Shown here piece after piece: positions 37,305 to 47,895 of a stretch of 64,000 nt of DNA. Position 1 is the stretch's first letter. Every line of letters starts with the position of its first letter. The notes under the pieces were generated by a model. It was given only the letters and a program-made list of their open reading frames with translations. It did not search any database and was not told the origin of the DNA. The DNA is from Candidatus Glassbacteria bacterium (lineage in GTDB: Bacteria > Gemmatimonadota > Glassbacteria > GWA2-58-10). The position numbers and the translations under genes were made by a program. The stretch spans positions 1,534 to 65,533 of the forward strand of contig VRUH01000019.1 in the NCBI GenBank assembly GCA_019456185.1, in the 5' to 3' direction.

Positions 37305-38705
37305 TCAGGTCCCCTGTTCCAGTTCCTGCCGCCGCGAACGGTTCTCGAACCTGGTAAATTCCTTGATGAAATTCAGCTCGACCTTTCCAGTCGGGCCGTT
37401 CCGGTTTTTTTCCAGGAGAATCAGGGCCAGGCCCTCGGTGCTCTGGCCATCAAGATCCGGGATATCCGCCTCTTCGGGACGGAAAATGAATATCACCATG
37501 TCCGCGTCCTGCTCGATAGCGCCGGACTCGCGAAGGTCGGCCAGCTTGGGTTTCTGGTCGGTGCGGCCCTCCACGGCGCGGGAGAGCTGGCTCATGGCCA
37601 TCACCGGTACGTTCAGCTCCTTGGCCAGCGCCTTGAGCGAGCGGCTGATCAGGCTGACCTCCTGCTGGCGGCTCTCGATCCGGCCGGTGGTGCGCATCAG
37701 CTGCATATAATCGACAATCAGCAGGCCGATCCCCTCCTGCTTGAACAGCCTCCTGGCCTTGGCGCGCATCTCCAGCACGCTCATCGCCGGGGTGTCGTCG
37801 ATATAGATCGGGGCCTCGAACAGGCGGTTGGCCGCCTTATTGAGGTTGTGCCATTCGAGATCGGTCAGTTTGGCGCGGCGCATCCTGTTGTTGTTGACCC
37901 GCGCCAGGGTGCAGAGCATGCGCTGGACAATCTGGGTCTTGCTCATCTCCAGGCTGAACACCGCCACCGGGACCGGCTCGGGGTGCTCGGCGGTGCCCAT
38001 CGCCAGCGACAGGGCCACATTGAGGCTGAACGCGGTTTTGCCCATACTGGGGCGGCCGGCGATAATAATCAGGTCCGAGGGCTGCAGGCCCACCGTGAGG
38101 TGGTCGAGGTCGACAAAACCGGTGGGCACCCCGGTCATCGAGTCCTTGCTCTGGGAGCGGATCTCGAGATCGTTGATGATGTCGTGGATCAGGTCCTTGA
38201 CCGAGCTGAATCCATCCTGGAGCCGGAAGTCCTGGATGTTGAATATCCGCTCCTCGGCTTTGTCGATCAGGTTGTCGACATCCTCGACAGGCGTATAGGA
38301 CTCCTGGATGATCGCCGTGCAGCTTTCGATAAGCTTGCGCAGCATCGTCTTTTCGCGGACGATCCGGGCGTGGAAAGTGATATTGGCCGCGGTCGGCACG
38401 CTGCCGGCGATATCATAGATGAACTGCAACCCGCCCACTTCCTCCAGCGCGCCGTCCTTCTTGAGCTGGTCGGAGAGCGTTACCGGGTCGACCTCGACTG
38501 ATTTTTCGTAGAGCGCCATGATCGCCGTAAACAGGAGGCGATGGGGTTCGAGATAAAAACATCCCGGATCGAGCATCTGCACGACCGTGCCGATCGCCTC
38601 GCGGTCCATCAACATCGCCCCCAGCACGCTGGCTTCCGCGTCCTGGGCGAACGGTATCTTGCGGTCCAGCTGCTCGGCAATCTGTTGTTGAAGTTGGTCT
38701 GCCAC
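37305..38705 (-). CDS. dnaB: Replicative DNA helicase
   Basis: DnaB N-domain. Walker A GRPSMGKTAF. ...SQLSRAVE... 466 aa. Confidence 0.9.
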   Translation of the reverse strand: MADQLQQQIAEQLDRKIPFAQDAEASVLGAMLMDREAIGTVVQMLDPGCFYLEPHRLLFTAIMALYEKSVEVDPVTLSDQLKKDGALEEVGGLQFIYDIAGSVPTAANITFHARIVREKTMLRKLIESCTAIIQESYTPVEDVDNLIDKAEERIFNIQDFRLQDGFSSVKDLIHDIINDLEIRSQSKDSMTGVPTGFVDLDHLTVGLQPSDLIIIAGRPSMGKTAFSLNVALSLAMGTAEHPEPVPVAVFSLEMSKTQIVQRMLCTLARVNNNRMRRAKLTDLEWHNLNKAANRLFEAPIYIDDTPAMSVLEMRAKARRLFKQEGIGLLIVDYMQLMRTTGRIESRQQEVSLISRSLKALAKELNVPVMAMSQLSRAVEGRTDQKPKLADLRESGAIEQDADMVIFIFRPEEADIPDLDGQSTEGLALILLEKNRNGPTGKVELNFIKEFTRFENRSRRQELEQGT

Positions 38706-38775
38706 TGGTTTCGACCTCGCTTATCTTAATCAAAACGTGGACACGGCCTGCCGTGTCCCTACAATATATTACATC

Positions 38776-39549
38776 CTAATTACCCGGCTGATAGACCTCT
38801 CCGCTCGATTCTCTCCCGCCCGCCTCGTCGTAGACCTTGCGGGCCAGGAGCATGTCCTCCCAGCAGCCGCGCTTCCAGTTGGAGTTGCGCAGCAGGGCGG
38901 CCGGGTGGTAGGTGCTGACCACCTTGACCCCGTGGAACTCGCCCAACTGGCCACGAAGGTCGCGCATGGCCGCGCCGGGTCTGCCGTGAAAATATCCCGC
39001 GCTGAAGCGTCCCAGGGTGACAATCACCTTGGGCCGGATCAGATCGAGCTGGGCCAGCAGGTAGCCGTTGCAGGCGTCGATTTCCTCGGGCCTTGGATCA
39101 CGGTTGCCCGGCGGCCGGCACTTGACCATGTTGGCGATATAGACTTCCTCTCGGGCAAACCCGATCGAGGCGATAATTTTGGTCAGCAGCTGGCCGCTGG
39201 CGCCCACGAACGGCAGACCCTGGCGGTCCTCCTCCGCACCCGGCCCCTCGCCGATAAACAGCATGTCGGCGTCCGGGTGGCCCGAGCCGAACACGAAATT
39301 GGTCCGGCTCTCGTGGAGACGGCAGCGGGTGCAGCCGGCAATCCGGCGGCCGAACTCTTCCAGGCTCTCGCCGGGTTCAGCCTCGCCGGCGCCGGTTACA
39401 GCGCCGGCCTCCGCGGCTTCCACCGTCGACTCCACAACCGCAAAATTCTTCAAATCTATCTCATCCAGCAGTAAAAATCTCTCGCCGCGTTCCTCGAGCT
39501 GGCGAAGGAACTGGGCCGCGAGCTGTTTCAACTCAGAATAAGAATCCAA
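38776..39549 (-). CDS. Uracil-DNA glycosylase, family 4
   Basis: CTRCRLHESRTNFVFGSGHPDADMLFIGEGPGAEED...GYLLAQL....VVSTYHPAALLR are family-4 UDG motifs. Confidence 0.8.
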   Translation of the reverse strand: MDSYSELKQLAAQFLRQLEERGERFLLLDEIDLKNFAVVESTVEAAEAGAVTGAGEAEPGESLEEFGRRIAGCTRCRLHESRTNFVFGSGHPDADMLFIGEGPGAEEDRQGLPFVGASGQLLTKIIASIGFAREEVYIANMVKCRPPGNRDPRPEEIDACNGYLLAQLDLIRPKVIVTLGRFSAGYFHGRPGAAMRDLRGQLGEFHGVKVVSTYHPAALLRNSNWKRGCWEDMLLARKVYDEAGGRESSGEVYQPGN

Positions 39550-39562
39550 TATTCCGCTTTCC

Positions 39563-40786
39563 TCAATTTTTTTCTTTTGTTTGGATTACGGCCAGTTCAA
39601 TCAGCTTGTCGGCCAGTTCGTCCTTGCTCATCAGCGCGTATTCCTGACGCAGGCCGCCGGGTCCCAGCGCCACCGCCTTGTTGGTATCGCCAGCGAATCC
39701 AGCACCTGCGTGCGATGGATTATTGAGCACGACCAGATCCAGCGCCTTCTTTTCCAGCTTGGCGAGGGCGTGCTCCTCCTCGCGCTCGGTCTCGACCGCG
39801 AAGCCCACCACAACCGCGCCCTTCTTCCTGTTGGCCGACAGCCAGGCGAGCACGTCCGGGGTGCGCTCGAGCTTCAGGATAAGCTCACCAGCGTCCTCTT
39901 TTTTGATCTTCTGCTGCTGGGCCTGTGCCGGAGTAAAATCGCCCACCGCGGCGGCGGCGAAAATGAGATCGGCCTGTGCTGCCACGGATTCGACCGCCTC
40001 CAGCATCTGCTCCGCGCCGGTCACGTCGTGGCGCTCGACACCCAGGGGAGTGGTGAGCGCAACCGGACCCGTCACGAGCTGAACTCGTTTCGCACCCTGC
40101 CTGCGGGCCGCGCGCGCCAGGGCGAACCCCATCCGTCCGCTGGAGGGATTGGAGATAAAGCGCACCGGATCGAGCATCTCCCGGGTGGGACCGGCGGTGA
40201 CCAGCACCGTCTTGCCGGCCAGCAGGTCGCCGGCGCCAAGCACCCCGGCTATCGCTTCCACCAGCACCTCCCGCCCGGGCAGCCGACCCGCGCCGGTGGC
40301 TCCGCTGGCCAGCCTGCCGGTTTCAGGCGGGAGAACGTGCACACCGCGCTCTGCGAGCAGCTCTAGATTCGCCCGGGTGGCCGGGTGATTCCACATCCGG
40401 CTCTCCATTGCCGGGGCCACCAGTACCGGGGCCGGACAGGAGAGCAGAGTCGTGCTCAGCAGATCGTCGGCCAGGCCATGTGCCATCCTGGCCAGGATAT
40501 CGGCCGTAGCCGGAGCGACCACCAGCAGCTCAGCGAACTCGGCCAGGCGGAGATGGTCTATCCCGCCGGGCTCCTCGTTGCCGAACGTGTCAGTATAGAC
40601 TGGTTCGCCGGTGAGCGCGCGCAGGGTAACCGGACCGACGAACCGGGTGGCGTTCTCGGTCATCACCACCCGCACCCGCGCGCCGAGCTGCACCAGATGG
40701 CTGGCAAGGTCGCAGACCTTGTAACATGCGATTCCGCCGGTGAGACCCAGCACGATCCGTTTACCGCCGATAAGGTGTTCCATCAC
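39563..40786 (-). CDS. coaBC: Bifunctional phosphopantothenoylcysteine decarboxylase / phosphopantothenate--cysteine ligase
   Basis: N-terminal flavoprotein (GLTGGIACYK). C-terminal CoaB (VTAGPTREMLDPVRFISNPSSG). Confidence 0.9.
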   Translation of the reverse strand: MMEHLIGGKRIVLGLTGGIACYKVCDLASHLVQLGARVRVVMTENATRFVGPVTLRALTGEPVYTDTFGNEEPGGIDHLRLAEFAELLVVAPATADILARMAHGLADDLLSTTLLSCPAPVLVAPAMESRMWNHPATRANLELLAERGVHVLPPETGRLASGATGAGRLPGREVLVEAIAGVLGAGDLLAGKTVLVTAGPTREMLDPVRFISNPSSGRMGFALARAARRQGAKRVQLVTGPVALTTPLGVERHDVTGAEQMLEAVESVAAQADLIFAAAAVGDFTPAQAQQQKIKKEDAGELILKLERTPDVLAWLSANRKKGAVVVGFAVETEREEEHALAKLEKKALDLVVLNNPSHAGAGFAGDTNKAVALGPGGLRQEYALMSKDELADKLIELAVIQTKEKN

Positions 40787-41415
40787 TCACCGCTCCCGCG
40801 TCCCAGGAACTGGTTAATCAGGCGGGCCGTATCCGGCAGGCGGCTGACTTTAAGTTTTTCCGCGGCGATTATGTTTTCGATCCTCTCGCAGGCGGTCTCG
40901 ATATCATCGTTGACCACCAGGTAGTCGAACTTGTCCATTTCCTCGATCTCCTTTACCGCGCTGTCGAGCCGTTTCTGCAGAGCAGCCTCGTCCTCGGTGC
41001 CGCGTGTTGACAAGCGCCGGCGGAGTTCGTCCATGCTGGGCGGGATCAGCTGGATATAAACGCCGTCGCTGTAAACCTGCCGCAGGGACCGGGCGCCCTG
41101 GATATCGACATCCATCAGCATGTAATGCCCGGCGGCCAGCACCTGGTCGATCTGGCTCTTGAGCGTACCGTAGAGGTTGCCGTGAACCTCGGCCCACTCG
41201 GCGAACTCGCCGGCCTCGATCCCGCGTTCAAACTCCTTGCAGTCCATGAAGTAATAGTCGCGGCCATGCTCCTCGCCCCCGCGTCTGGGCCGGGTGGTGG
41301 CCGAAACCGAGTAACGGTAGTTGTCGCCGCGCTTGAGCAAGCGGTCGATAACCGTTGTTTTACCCGCCCCGCTGGGGGCCGTGATAACTACAATGAATTT
41401 TTTTCCGTCGAACAT
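40783..41415 (-). CDS. gmk: Guanylate kinase
   Basis: VVITAPSGAGKTT P-loop. 4-bp overlap with coaBC. Confidence 0.9.
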   Translation of the reverse strand: MFDGKKFIVVITAPSGAGKTTVIDRLLKRGDNYRYSVSATTRPRRGGEEHGRDYYFMDCKEFERGIEAGEFAEWAEVHGNLYGTLKSQIDQVLAAGHYMLMDVDIQGARSLRQVYSDGVYIQLIPPSMDELRRRLSTRGTEDEAALQKRLDSAVKEIEEMDKFDYLVVNDDIETACERIENIIAAEKLKVSRLPDTARLINQFLGRGSGE

Positions 41416-41454
41416 CTTAGCCGGTTCACCTGTGTTTGTCAGCCTGCCGGAGGA

Positions 41455-42333
41455 TCACTCGATATTCTCCACCTGCTCGCGCACTTTCTCCAATTCCTCC
41501 TTGACCGCCACCATCAATTGGGCGATCTCGGCGTCGTTGGCCTTGCTGCCCACCGTGTTGGCCTCGCGGTTCAGTTCCTGGACCAGAAAATTGAGCTTGC
41601 GCCCCACCACTCCGCCCTTGGAAATAGTTTCGCGCATGGCCGACAGGTGATGGGCGAAGCGCACATCCTCCTCGCTGAAATCCCACTTGTCGGCATAGTA
41701 GGTTACTTCCGAAACCAGCCGGTTCTCGTCCACCTGTTCATCGCCCACGGCTTCGAGGACTTTGGTGCGAAGGTCATCGCGGAGTTTTTTCAACCGTTCC
41801 GGCCCCTTTTCAGCGGCCTGGCCCATATGTTTCTCCATCTCGTCAATCCGGGCGTTGAGATCGTCGGCCAGGGTCTTGCCCTCGCTCGCTCGCATACCCG
41901 TCAGCGCATCCAGAGCCAGCGAGGTGGCCTGTTGCACTCCCTGCCACAACTGCTTCTCGTCGAACTCCTGCGTTTCGGTCTTGAACGCGTCCGACAGCCG
42001 CGTGATCATCTCCAGGCTCACTTCTCCGCCGATCCCGAACTTGTCCTTCAACCTACCGAAAAGTTCCAGATAGCGCGAGATCATTTCCTCGTTAAGCACC
42101 ACCTGCGAGCTGCCGTTTTCGCTGGTGTCCCAACTGAGCTGGTAAGTAACGTAGCCACGAGTAAGCCGCTTTCGGATCATCTCCTTGATCCGCGGTTCGA
42201 ACGAGGACATCGAGCGCGGGGTACGGATGTTGAAATCCGAGTAGCGATGGTTGACTGTTTTTATCTCCACGGCGAACGTGCCGCACTCCAGGGTGATTTC
42301 CCCCCGGCCGAATCCCGTCATGCTGTTAATCAT
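41455..42333 (-). CDS. yicC: YicC/YloC family stress-induced protein
   Basis: MINSMTGFGRGE... is the YicC N-domain signature. 292 aa. Confidence 0.85.
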   Translation of the reverse strand: MINSMTGFGRGEITLECGTFAVEIKTVNHRYSDFNIRTPRSMSSFEPRIKEMIRKRLTRGYVTYQLSWDTSENGSSQVVLNEEMISRYLELFGRLKDKFGIGGEVSLEMITRLSDAFKTETQEFDEKQLWQGVQQATSLALDALTGMRASEGKTLADDLNARIDEMEKHMGQAAEKGPERLKKLRDDLRTKVLEAVGDEQVDENRLVSEVTYYADKWDFSEEDVRFAHHLSAMRETISKGGVVGRKLNFLVQELNREANTVGSKANDAEIAQLMVAVKEELEKVREQVENIE

Positions 42334-42381
42334 CGTTACCTTTCTGTCGTCAAGATACTCCTTATCGATTCAGCTTCAGAG

Positions 42382-43125
42382 TCATAACGCCGGTTCCTGC
42401 GCTTCGTGGTAGCGCGGAAGAAAACCGGCAACGAGCAGACATTTATCAGTATTCGAGTAGTCGCAGCGGAGCCGGTAACGGTGTACGCCTTCAAGCGCCT
42501 TGATGATAAATACTCCCGGCTCGCTAAGATACCAGCCCGGGTGCCCGTATAGCCCGATCGCCTCCGACGGCGAGGTGGCGAAGGAGATCTCTCCCAGGTC
42601 GCGGCGGTCCTCCTCGATAAACACGGTATATCTTTTCAGGCATTTGGCTCCGCGGCGCGAGGCCGCGCTGAGGGTGACGACAATCATCTCGGCCGGACCC
42701 GCGATCTCGTACTCCAGTCTCTCTCCCGCCTCCCGGTGAAACACCTCGCCTTCCCAGCGGCTGTCCTCGCTTGATATCACGGCCATGCCTGCTGCCGACA
42801 CCGGCCGCACGAATTCCAGCGAGGTAAGCGAGACCAGCAGATCGGCGGGGATCCGCTCCAGGATCGATGGCGGCACGGGCCGTTCGATCAGGTTGAGCAT
42901 TTCCAGCGTGGCCGTGGTGCCTTCCACCGTGCGCGCCCCGGTCCAGGTTACCACCCGTCGTCCGCCCTTATAAGTGTACTTAGAGGCAATCGCGCCGGCC
43001 CTGGCGGTTTTGACCGCCACCACCCGCGCTCCTTCCAGGGCGGCGTTACCCCCGGTCTCGAGCCATGAGCAGGCTAGCGGGCATGCCAGGGCCAGCAGCA
43101 GGAAGAACGCTGTCGTTTTCATCAC
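42382..43125 (-). CDS. Hypothetical secreted/lipoprotein
   Basis: Signal peptide MMKTTAFFLLLALACPLACS. 247 aa. Host codon bias. Confidence 0.5.
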   Translation of the reverse strand: MMKTTAFFLLLALACPLACSWLETGGNAALEGARVVAVKTARAGAIASKYTYKGGRRVVTWTGARTVEGTTATLEMLNLIERPVPPSILERIPADLLVSLTSLEFVRPVSAAGMAVISSEDSRWEGEVFHREAGERLEYEIAGPAEMIVVTLSAASRRGAKCLKRYTVFIEEDRRDLGEISFATSPSEAIGLYGHPGWYLSEPGVFIIKALEGVHRYRLRCDYSNTDKCLLVAGFLPRYHEAQEPAL

Positions 43126-43159
43126 ATCGCCCCTCTCCCCGCCCGCTGCGCCGTCGGCC

Positions 43160-43600
43160 TCAGCCGCCGCCGTCGAGCGACCGCCGCAGGGCGCGGTAGA
43201 GCGGGGACGGTATCTTCCGCGGCTTCATCTCCCGGTCCACGCAGACGTGCACGGTACGGCCATCAACTATCAACTCTTCGCCGCGCACAAGCCGGTAGCT
43301 GAATGCCACCTTCCGGCTGCGCAGCAGTTCGAGCGTGGTCAGCACGCTCAGGTTGTCTTCATAGTAGCTTGGGCTACGCAGCCGGACATTGGCCTCGACA
43401 ACCGGAAACATCACACCGCCGTCCTCCAGCCCGCTGTAGGGAAAACCGAGCAAAGCCAGGTAGTCTGTCCGCCCCACCTCCATCCACACCAGGTAGTTGG
43501 CGTGGTAAACAGCCCCCATCCTGTCGGTTTCGGCATACCTGACCGTAATCGGCGACTCGGCGCACAGAGGCGCTCCGCCGGTCCCGCCGCGCTCAGTCAA
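43160..43600 (-). CDS. Acyl-CoA thioesterase, YbgC/4HBT hotdog family
   Basis: The motif VRYAETDRMGAVYHANYLVWMEVGR is the hotdog-fold thioesterase signature. Confidence 0.75.
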   Translation of the reverse strand: MTERGGTGGAPLCAESPITVRYAETDRMGAVYHANYLVWMEVGRTDYLALLGFPYSGLEDGGVMFPVVEANVRLRSPSYYEDNLSVLTTLELLRSRKVAFSYRLVRGEELIVDGRTVHVCVDREMKPRKIPSPLYRALRRSLDGGG

Positions 43601-44453
43601 TTTTCAGCTCCAGCAGGCTGCCTGGGTTTATCCGGGCGTCGCGCCAGCGGATCCCCCAGTGGAGGTGCGGGCCGGTCACCCGCCCGGTGGCGCCCACCCT
43701 GCCGATCACATGCCCCTGCTCGACCATCTCGCCCTCGGCCACGTCGATCTCGGACAGGTGGAAGAACATCCCGATCATGCCCAGACCGTGGTCAATATAG
43801 ATACTGTTGCCCGTGAAAAAAAAATCGCCTGTCAGCAGCACCCTGCCGCCCGCCGGGGCAATAACCGGAGTACCGGCCGGCGCGCTGATATCCGCACCTG
43901 AGTGCGGGCCGCGCGACGCGCCGTTGATAATCCTCCGGCTGCCGAACCGGTTCAGTTCGCCTTCCAGCGGCGCGATAAACCTGTCGCCCCAGAACGGCCT
44001 GTCGGACCAGTCTTTCCAGCGGCGGTTGCGCAGCGCAGATTCGCGGTTGATCCGGGCAGTGGCGGCCGAATCCGGAAACACCTTGGCCGGCGGCAGAGTC
44101 AACCTCTGTACCGGGAATCCCGCATCACGTACAGGGATCGTGCGGGTTATCGCCGCAATATCATCACCGCCGTAACCCGACAGGCGGACTGCGAGCTTGT
44201 AATCGCCGGGCTTTTTATCCATATCGACAGCCAGCAGGGTGTAGAACGAGTCCGGAGCAGAGCGGACAAACGGCAGTTCGGAACCGTCGAACGTACCGGT
44301 CACCGTATCCAGCGGGAGACCGTAGACACGGACGGTGACGATCTGTCCCTGGACGAGTACGCTGTCGGCGACAGCAAGTTCAGCATCCGCGGCGAATACC
44401 GGCAAACAGGCCGGAAACAACACGACAGAAGCAAGTGCGAAAAAACGGCTCAT
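43593..44453 (-). CDS. M23 family metallopeptidase
   Basis: Signal peptide. HSGADISAPAGTPV...HLHWGI are the M23 catalytic motifs. Confidence 0.8.
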   Translation of the reverse strand: MSRFFALASVVLFPACLPVFAADAELAVADSVLVQGQIVTVRVYGLPLDTVTGTFDGSELPFVRSAPDSFYTLLAVDMDKKPGDYKLAVRLSGYGGDDIAAITRTIPVRDAGFPVQRLTLPPAKVFPDSAATARINRESALRNRRWKDWSDRPFWGDRFIAPLEGELNRFGSRRIINGASRGPHSGADISAPAGTPVIAPAGGRVLLTGDFFFTGNSIYIDHGLGMIGMFFHLSEIDVAEGEMVEQGHVIGRVGATGRVTGPHLHWGIRWRDARINPGSLLELKID

Positions 44454-44590
44454 GCAAACCTGACTGTTTTAAATTTTTCGTATTTAGGCTATGCCCGCCA
44501 AGCGGGTAGATTAATATAACGATTAGCCTGATCGAGATAAAGGGATAAGCCCCCGTGACGCCAAGCCAGAAAACAGTTGCCCGTCCGTGA

Positions 44591-45448
44591 GTGGGCGGTC
44601 TATTTTATGCTGCGGATAATCTGCCGCGGACAATCCACTCAACTGTGAGTGAAATCCTGGAACTGCCTGCCTGCATAGAAGCCGGAATCGGTGAGAACGA
44701 GCGGGTCGTGTTTTTCAGCGACGCCCATCTGGGCAGCGGCAACGATCACGATTCACGCGCCAGGACCGAACGGGTTTGCGCTTTCCTGGACAGCCTGCCG
44801 GGCCGCGCGGAGGTACTCGTCATCCTGGGAGACCTCTTCGATTTTTACTTCGAGTTCCGCAACGTCGTTCCGGCCCGTCACCTGAGAGTACTGGCCTGCC
44901 TGGAGGCGCTGACCCGCTCCGGAGTGCGCTGCTACTACGTGGCCGGCAACCACGATTTCTGGCTCGGGGACTTGTTCACGACCACGCTGGGGATCACGGT
45001 GGCTCCCGACGGGCTGCTGATGGAACGGGCAGGAGAGGGCGGCTGCACGGTACTGGCCGCCCACGGCGACGGTCTCGGGGAGGGGGATAAGGGCTACAAG
45101 ATCTTCAAAACCCTGCTGCGCAACCGGGCGCTGATTGCGATGTTCCGCCTGATCCATCCGGACAGGGGCTATGCGCTCGCCAATCTGACCAGCCGTACCA
45201 GCCGGAAACATACCTCGAAAAGACAGGACGCCCGGATCGAGGCCTCGGCGGACGTGGCTCACTCCCTGCTGGACTCCAACGACAAGCTGGACACCGTGAT
45301 CCTCTCCCACACCCACCATCCGGACGACCGCCGGTTCTCGTCGGGCCGCTACCTTAATACCGGCGACTGGTGCACTCATTTTTCGTTGGTGAGGTGGAAC
45401 AATGCGGATAATTTCGAGATGGATTATTTTAACGAACCAGGGAGATAA
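44591..45448 (+). CDS. Metallophosphoesterase, UDP-2,3-diacylglucosamine hydrolase (LpxH)-like
   Basis: The motif VFFSDAHLG...ILGDLFDF...GNHD is calcineurin-like phosphoesterase. The start is uncertain (GTG 44591 or about 44645). Confidence 0.65.
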   Translation: MGGLFYAADNLPRTIHSTVSEILELPACIEAGIGENERVVFFSDAHLGSGNDHDSRARTERVCAFLDSLPGRAEVLVILGDLFDFYFEFRNVVPARHLRVLACLEALTRSGVRCYYVAGNHDFWLGDLFTTTLGITVAPDGLLMERAGEGGCTVLAAHGDGLGEGDKGYKIFKTLLRNRALIAMFRLIHPDRGYALANLTSRTSRKHTSKRQDARIEASADVAHSLLDSNDKLDTVILSHTHHPDDRRFSSGRYLNTGDWCTHFSLVRWNNADNFEMDYFNEPGR

Positions 45449-45487
45449 TTCTGCTGCAACGCACTATTGCTCAGTATTCCCGCAAGA

Positions 45488-47740
45488 TTACCTTCCTCCG
45501 CCCAGCGCCTGCTGCATCCAGTACACCTCATCCAGCAGTTCGCGCCGCCAACACTCGGCCACGTAGGTCTCCAGCCGGTGATGCAGCTGGTAGATCACCG
45601 CCGGGCCCGACGGCTCGACCTGACCGAGTATCGCCTCAAGCTTTTCCGCCGCGTCACGGCCGCGCTGTTTCACCTGCTCATCGTTGACCGCCAGGCAGCG
45701 GGCGGAGAGGTCCCTGACCATGTACACCAGGCGCAGGTCCTCGATACCGCGCCGGATCCCCTGCCATTCCGGGGAGGGCCTCAGCAACTCGTCGCCGGGG
45801 GCGGGGTAGGCGGCGCACCAGTCGCGGTGGCGGCCGTCGAGTTCATCGTACGGGTCGCCGGTTGTGGACTGGTAGGCGAAATAGTAGATTCCGCCGGCGC
45901 CGCTGCGGGGCAGGAACCACCCGGGGATTGCGCGATGGTAGGCGGCGTCGGAGCCGACATCGGAGCTGCCGAAAGCGGGTAGATAGAAAAACGTGGCCAG
46001 CCCGTTACCGGCAGTGAGCTCCACCGAGCGTGGCGAGACCGAGCTGATCTGAATCACGACCGCATCGAGATATTTCGAGAGTTCCACGATCGAGGAGGGT
46101 GTGTTGAGATCGCAGAGCGAGGTGATCCCCTCCATCCCGTCAAGCAGGCGGAGCGTGTGACGGGCCAGTTCCATGTGCTCTTCGTTGTTGGCCGGCTCAT
46201 CGACCGTGAAAAACATCAGCGGACTCCAGCCCCGGTTGATCGCCGTGCTGTTCATCAGACGGATCGCCGAGGTGAACAGGCGGTCGTGCCGCTCCGTCCA
46301 TTCGCCGGCGCTGCCGGGCAGATTGAGCCTGGCGAAGATGTCCGCCACGTAGAGCGATGTGGGCCGGTGCATGCCGTAACGGCGCATCAGGGCCATGATC
46401 CGGTCCAGGCGCACCACCCGTTCCCAGTCGATCCGCAGGCTGCCGGCCTCGCTGAGCATCACGAACGAACCTGAAAGGCTGACTCCGTTGACACCGTGGG
46501 CGGCCATGTCGCGAAACTGGGCGTTCATTGTCCGGGGATCGTCCGGCGGGTAGTAGTACATACCCACTACAACACTGTCCGGCAGCGGCGGCAGGGTGAT
46601 GTCGACGACCTCGATCCTGAACGGCACCTCCAGCGCAGCCCGTCCCCGGGCGGTTACCGAGAGTTTACCCTCGTAGATTCCCGGCTTCGTGTTTTTCGGC
46701 ACCGGGATGTCGAGCCAGTAGTAGAGGTTCTCTCCGGCGGGAATGTTCATCGGCGACAGTCGTTCGAGCATCCGGGCGCGTACGCCGAACACGCTGCTCC
46801 AGCTTCCTTCCAGACGAGTAGCCGCGAAGCGTCCCTGATAGAGCGACGGCCCGCTGCGAAGAGTTCCGGCCTCACCGGTCGGAGGGACAGAGAGACTAGC
46901 CTCCACTCCGGACAGGTTGTCCAGGGCCTTGACCGCAAAGGCCAGCGGGGCCACCGTACCGCGCGGCACACGCTCGTAGAGCACCTCCATCCTGTCCCCG
47001 TCGCGCGGGTTGGCGTACGGGGTAGCGTCCACCCAGCCCTTGCGCTCGAACATCAGCAATCCCGCCGCCTGCTCCCGCTCGTCGGGCTCCGGCGCCGCCT
47101 CCGGCTGAATCAGCCGGCCGGCCGTAAACAGATACTTGTCTTCCGGGTTACGTCCCAGGTGGGTGGAGAAAGTGGCTGCGTAACTGAGCCAGCCCTCGTC
47201 GCGGCCGAACCTGCAGGGGCCCAGAACGACCATGCCGGATTCGGGTGCGCTAACCACGCTCACGCGCACGAAAGCGATTGTCTCCGGCACCCTGAGCGAT
47301 CGCGTATATTCTATCCAGCCACGCGTGTCGCCGGGGACATTGCGTCCCGATGAGCCTCTGATCGAATGCAGGAGCGTATCGCCCGAAACCTCCAGAGAGT
47401 CGTCGAGCAGCTGGAGTCTGACTTCGATAAGTTGCCCCGCCGCCTCGAAAGTCCGCACCGCATAGGCGAACGATACCGGACGGCCGCCGGCTACCGCCAG
47501 CGGCTCGCTAGTCAGTTCCAGACGGCCCGCGCTGTCCGAATCGACCACGAAGCAGACCAGCGTATCGCCTGAGTCCAGGTAATGGCTCTCGTAAATCCCG
47601 GCACTGCCGGTGCTGTCCCAGATCGCCTGGCCACGGTCGGTTTCCAGAAACATGTCGGGCGCGTGTTCCTGCCCTGCGCAGCCAAAGAGCACAATCAGCG
47701 GAACAAGAAAAGCGAATACCTGACGATAAACCCTGCTCAT
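45488..47740 (-). CDS. Large hypothetical lipoprotein, possible glycoside-hydrolase-like (750 aa)
   Basis: Lipobox LFGCAG. Long ORF with host codon bias. The family call is a guess. Confidence 0.6.
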   Translation of the reverse strand: MSRVYRQVFAFLVPLIVLFGCAGQEHAPDMFLETDRGQAIWDSTGSAGIYESHYLDSGDTLVCFVVDSDSAGRLELTSEPLAVAGGRPVSFAYAVRTFEAAGQLIEVRLQLLDDSLEVSGDTLLHSIRGSSGRNVPGDTRGWIEYTRSLRVPETIAFVRVSVVSAPESGMVVLGPCRFGRDEGWLSYAATFSTHLGRNPEDKYLFTAGRLIQPEAAPEPDEREQAAGLLMFERKGWVDATPYANPRDGDRMEVLYERVPRGTVAPLAFAVKALDNLSGVEASLSVPPTGEAGTLRSGPSLYQGRFAATRLEGSWSSVFGVRARMLERLSPMNIPAGENLYYWLDIPVPKNTKPGIYEGKLSVTARGRAALEVPFRIEVVDITLPPLPDSVVVGMYYYPPDDPRTMNAQFRDMAAHGVNGVSLSGSFVMLSEAGSLRIDWERVVRLDRIMALMRRYGMHRPTSLYVADIFARLNLPGSAGEWTERHDRLFTSAIRLMNSTAINRGWSPLMFFTVDEPANNEEHMELARHTLRLLDGMEGITSLCDLNTPSSIVELSKYLDAVVIQISSVSPRSVELTAGNGLATFFYLPAFGSSDVGSDAAYHRAIPGWFLPRSGAGGIYYFAYQSTTGDPYDELDGRHRDWCAAYPAPGDELLRPSPEWQGIRRGIEDLRLVYMVRDLSARCLAVNDEQVKQRGRDAAEKLEAILGQVEPSGPAVIYQLHHRLETYVAECWRRELLDEVYWMQQALGGGR

Positions 47741-47895
47741 CCTTCGGATTCCTTGTAATTACGGTATCCGGCCCAGTTGACATCAGTATCATACCACACT
47801 GTGGAGCGGAGGGCAATCGTCAGGCAAAAAAAAGCGCAGGCTCCAAAAAGAGAGCCTGCGCCGATCCATGCCTGAGCGCGATCTCGGGCAGCCGG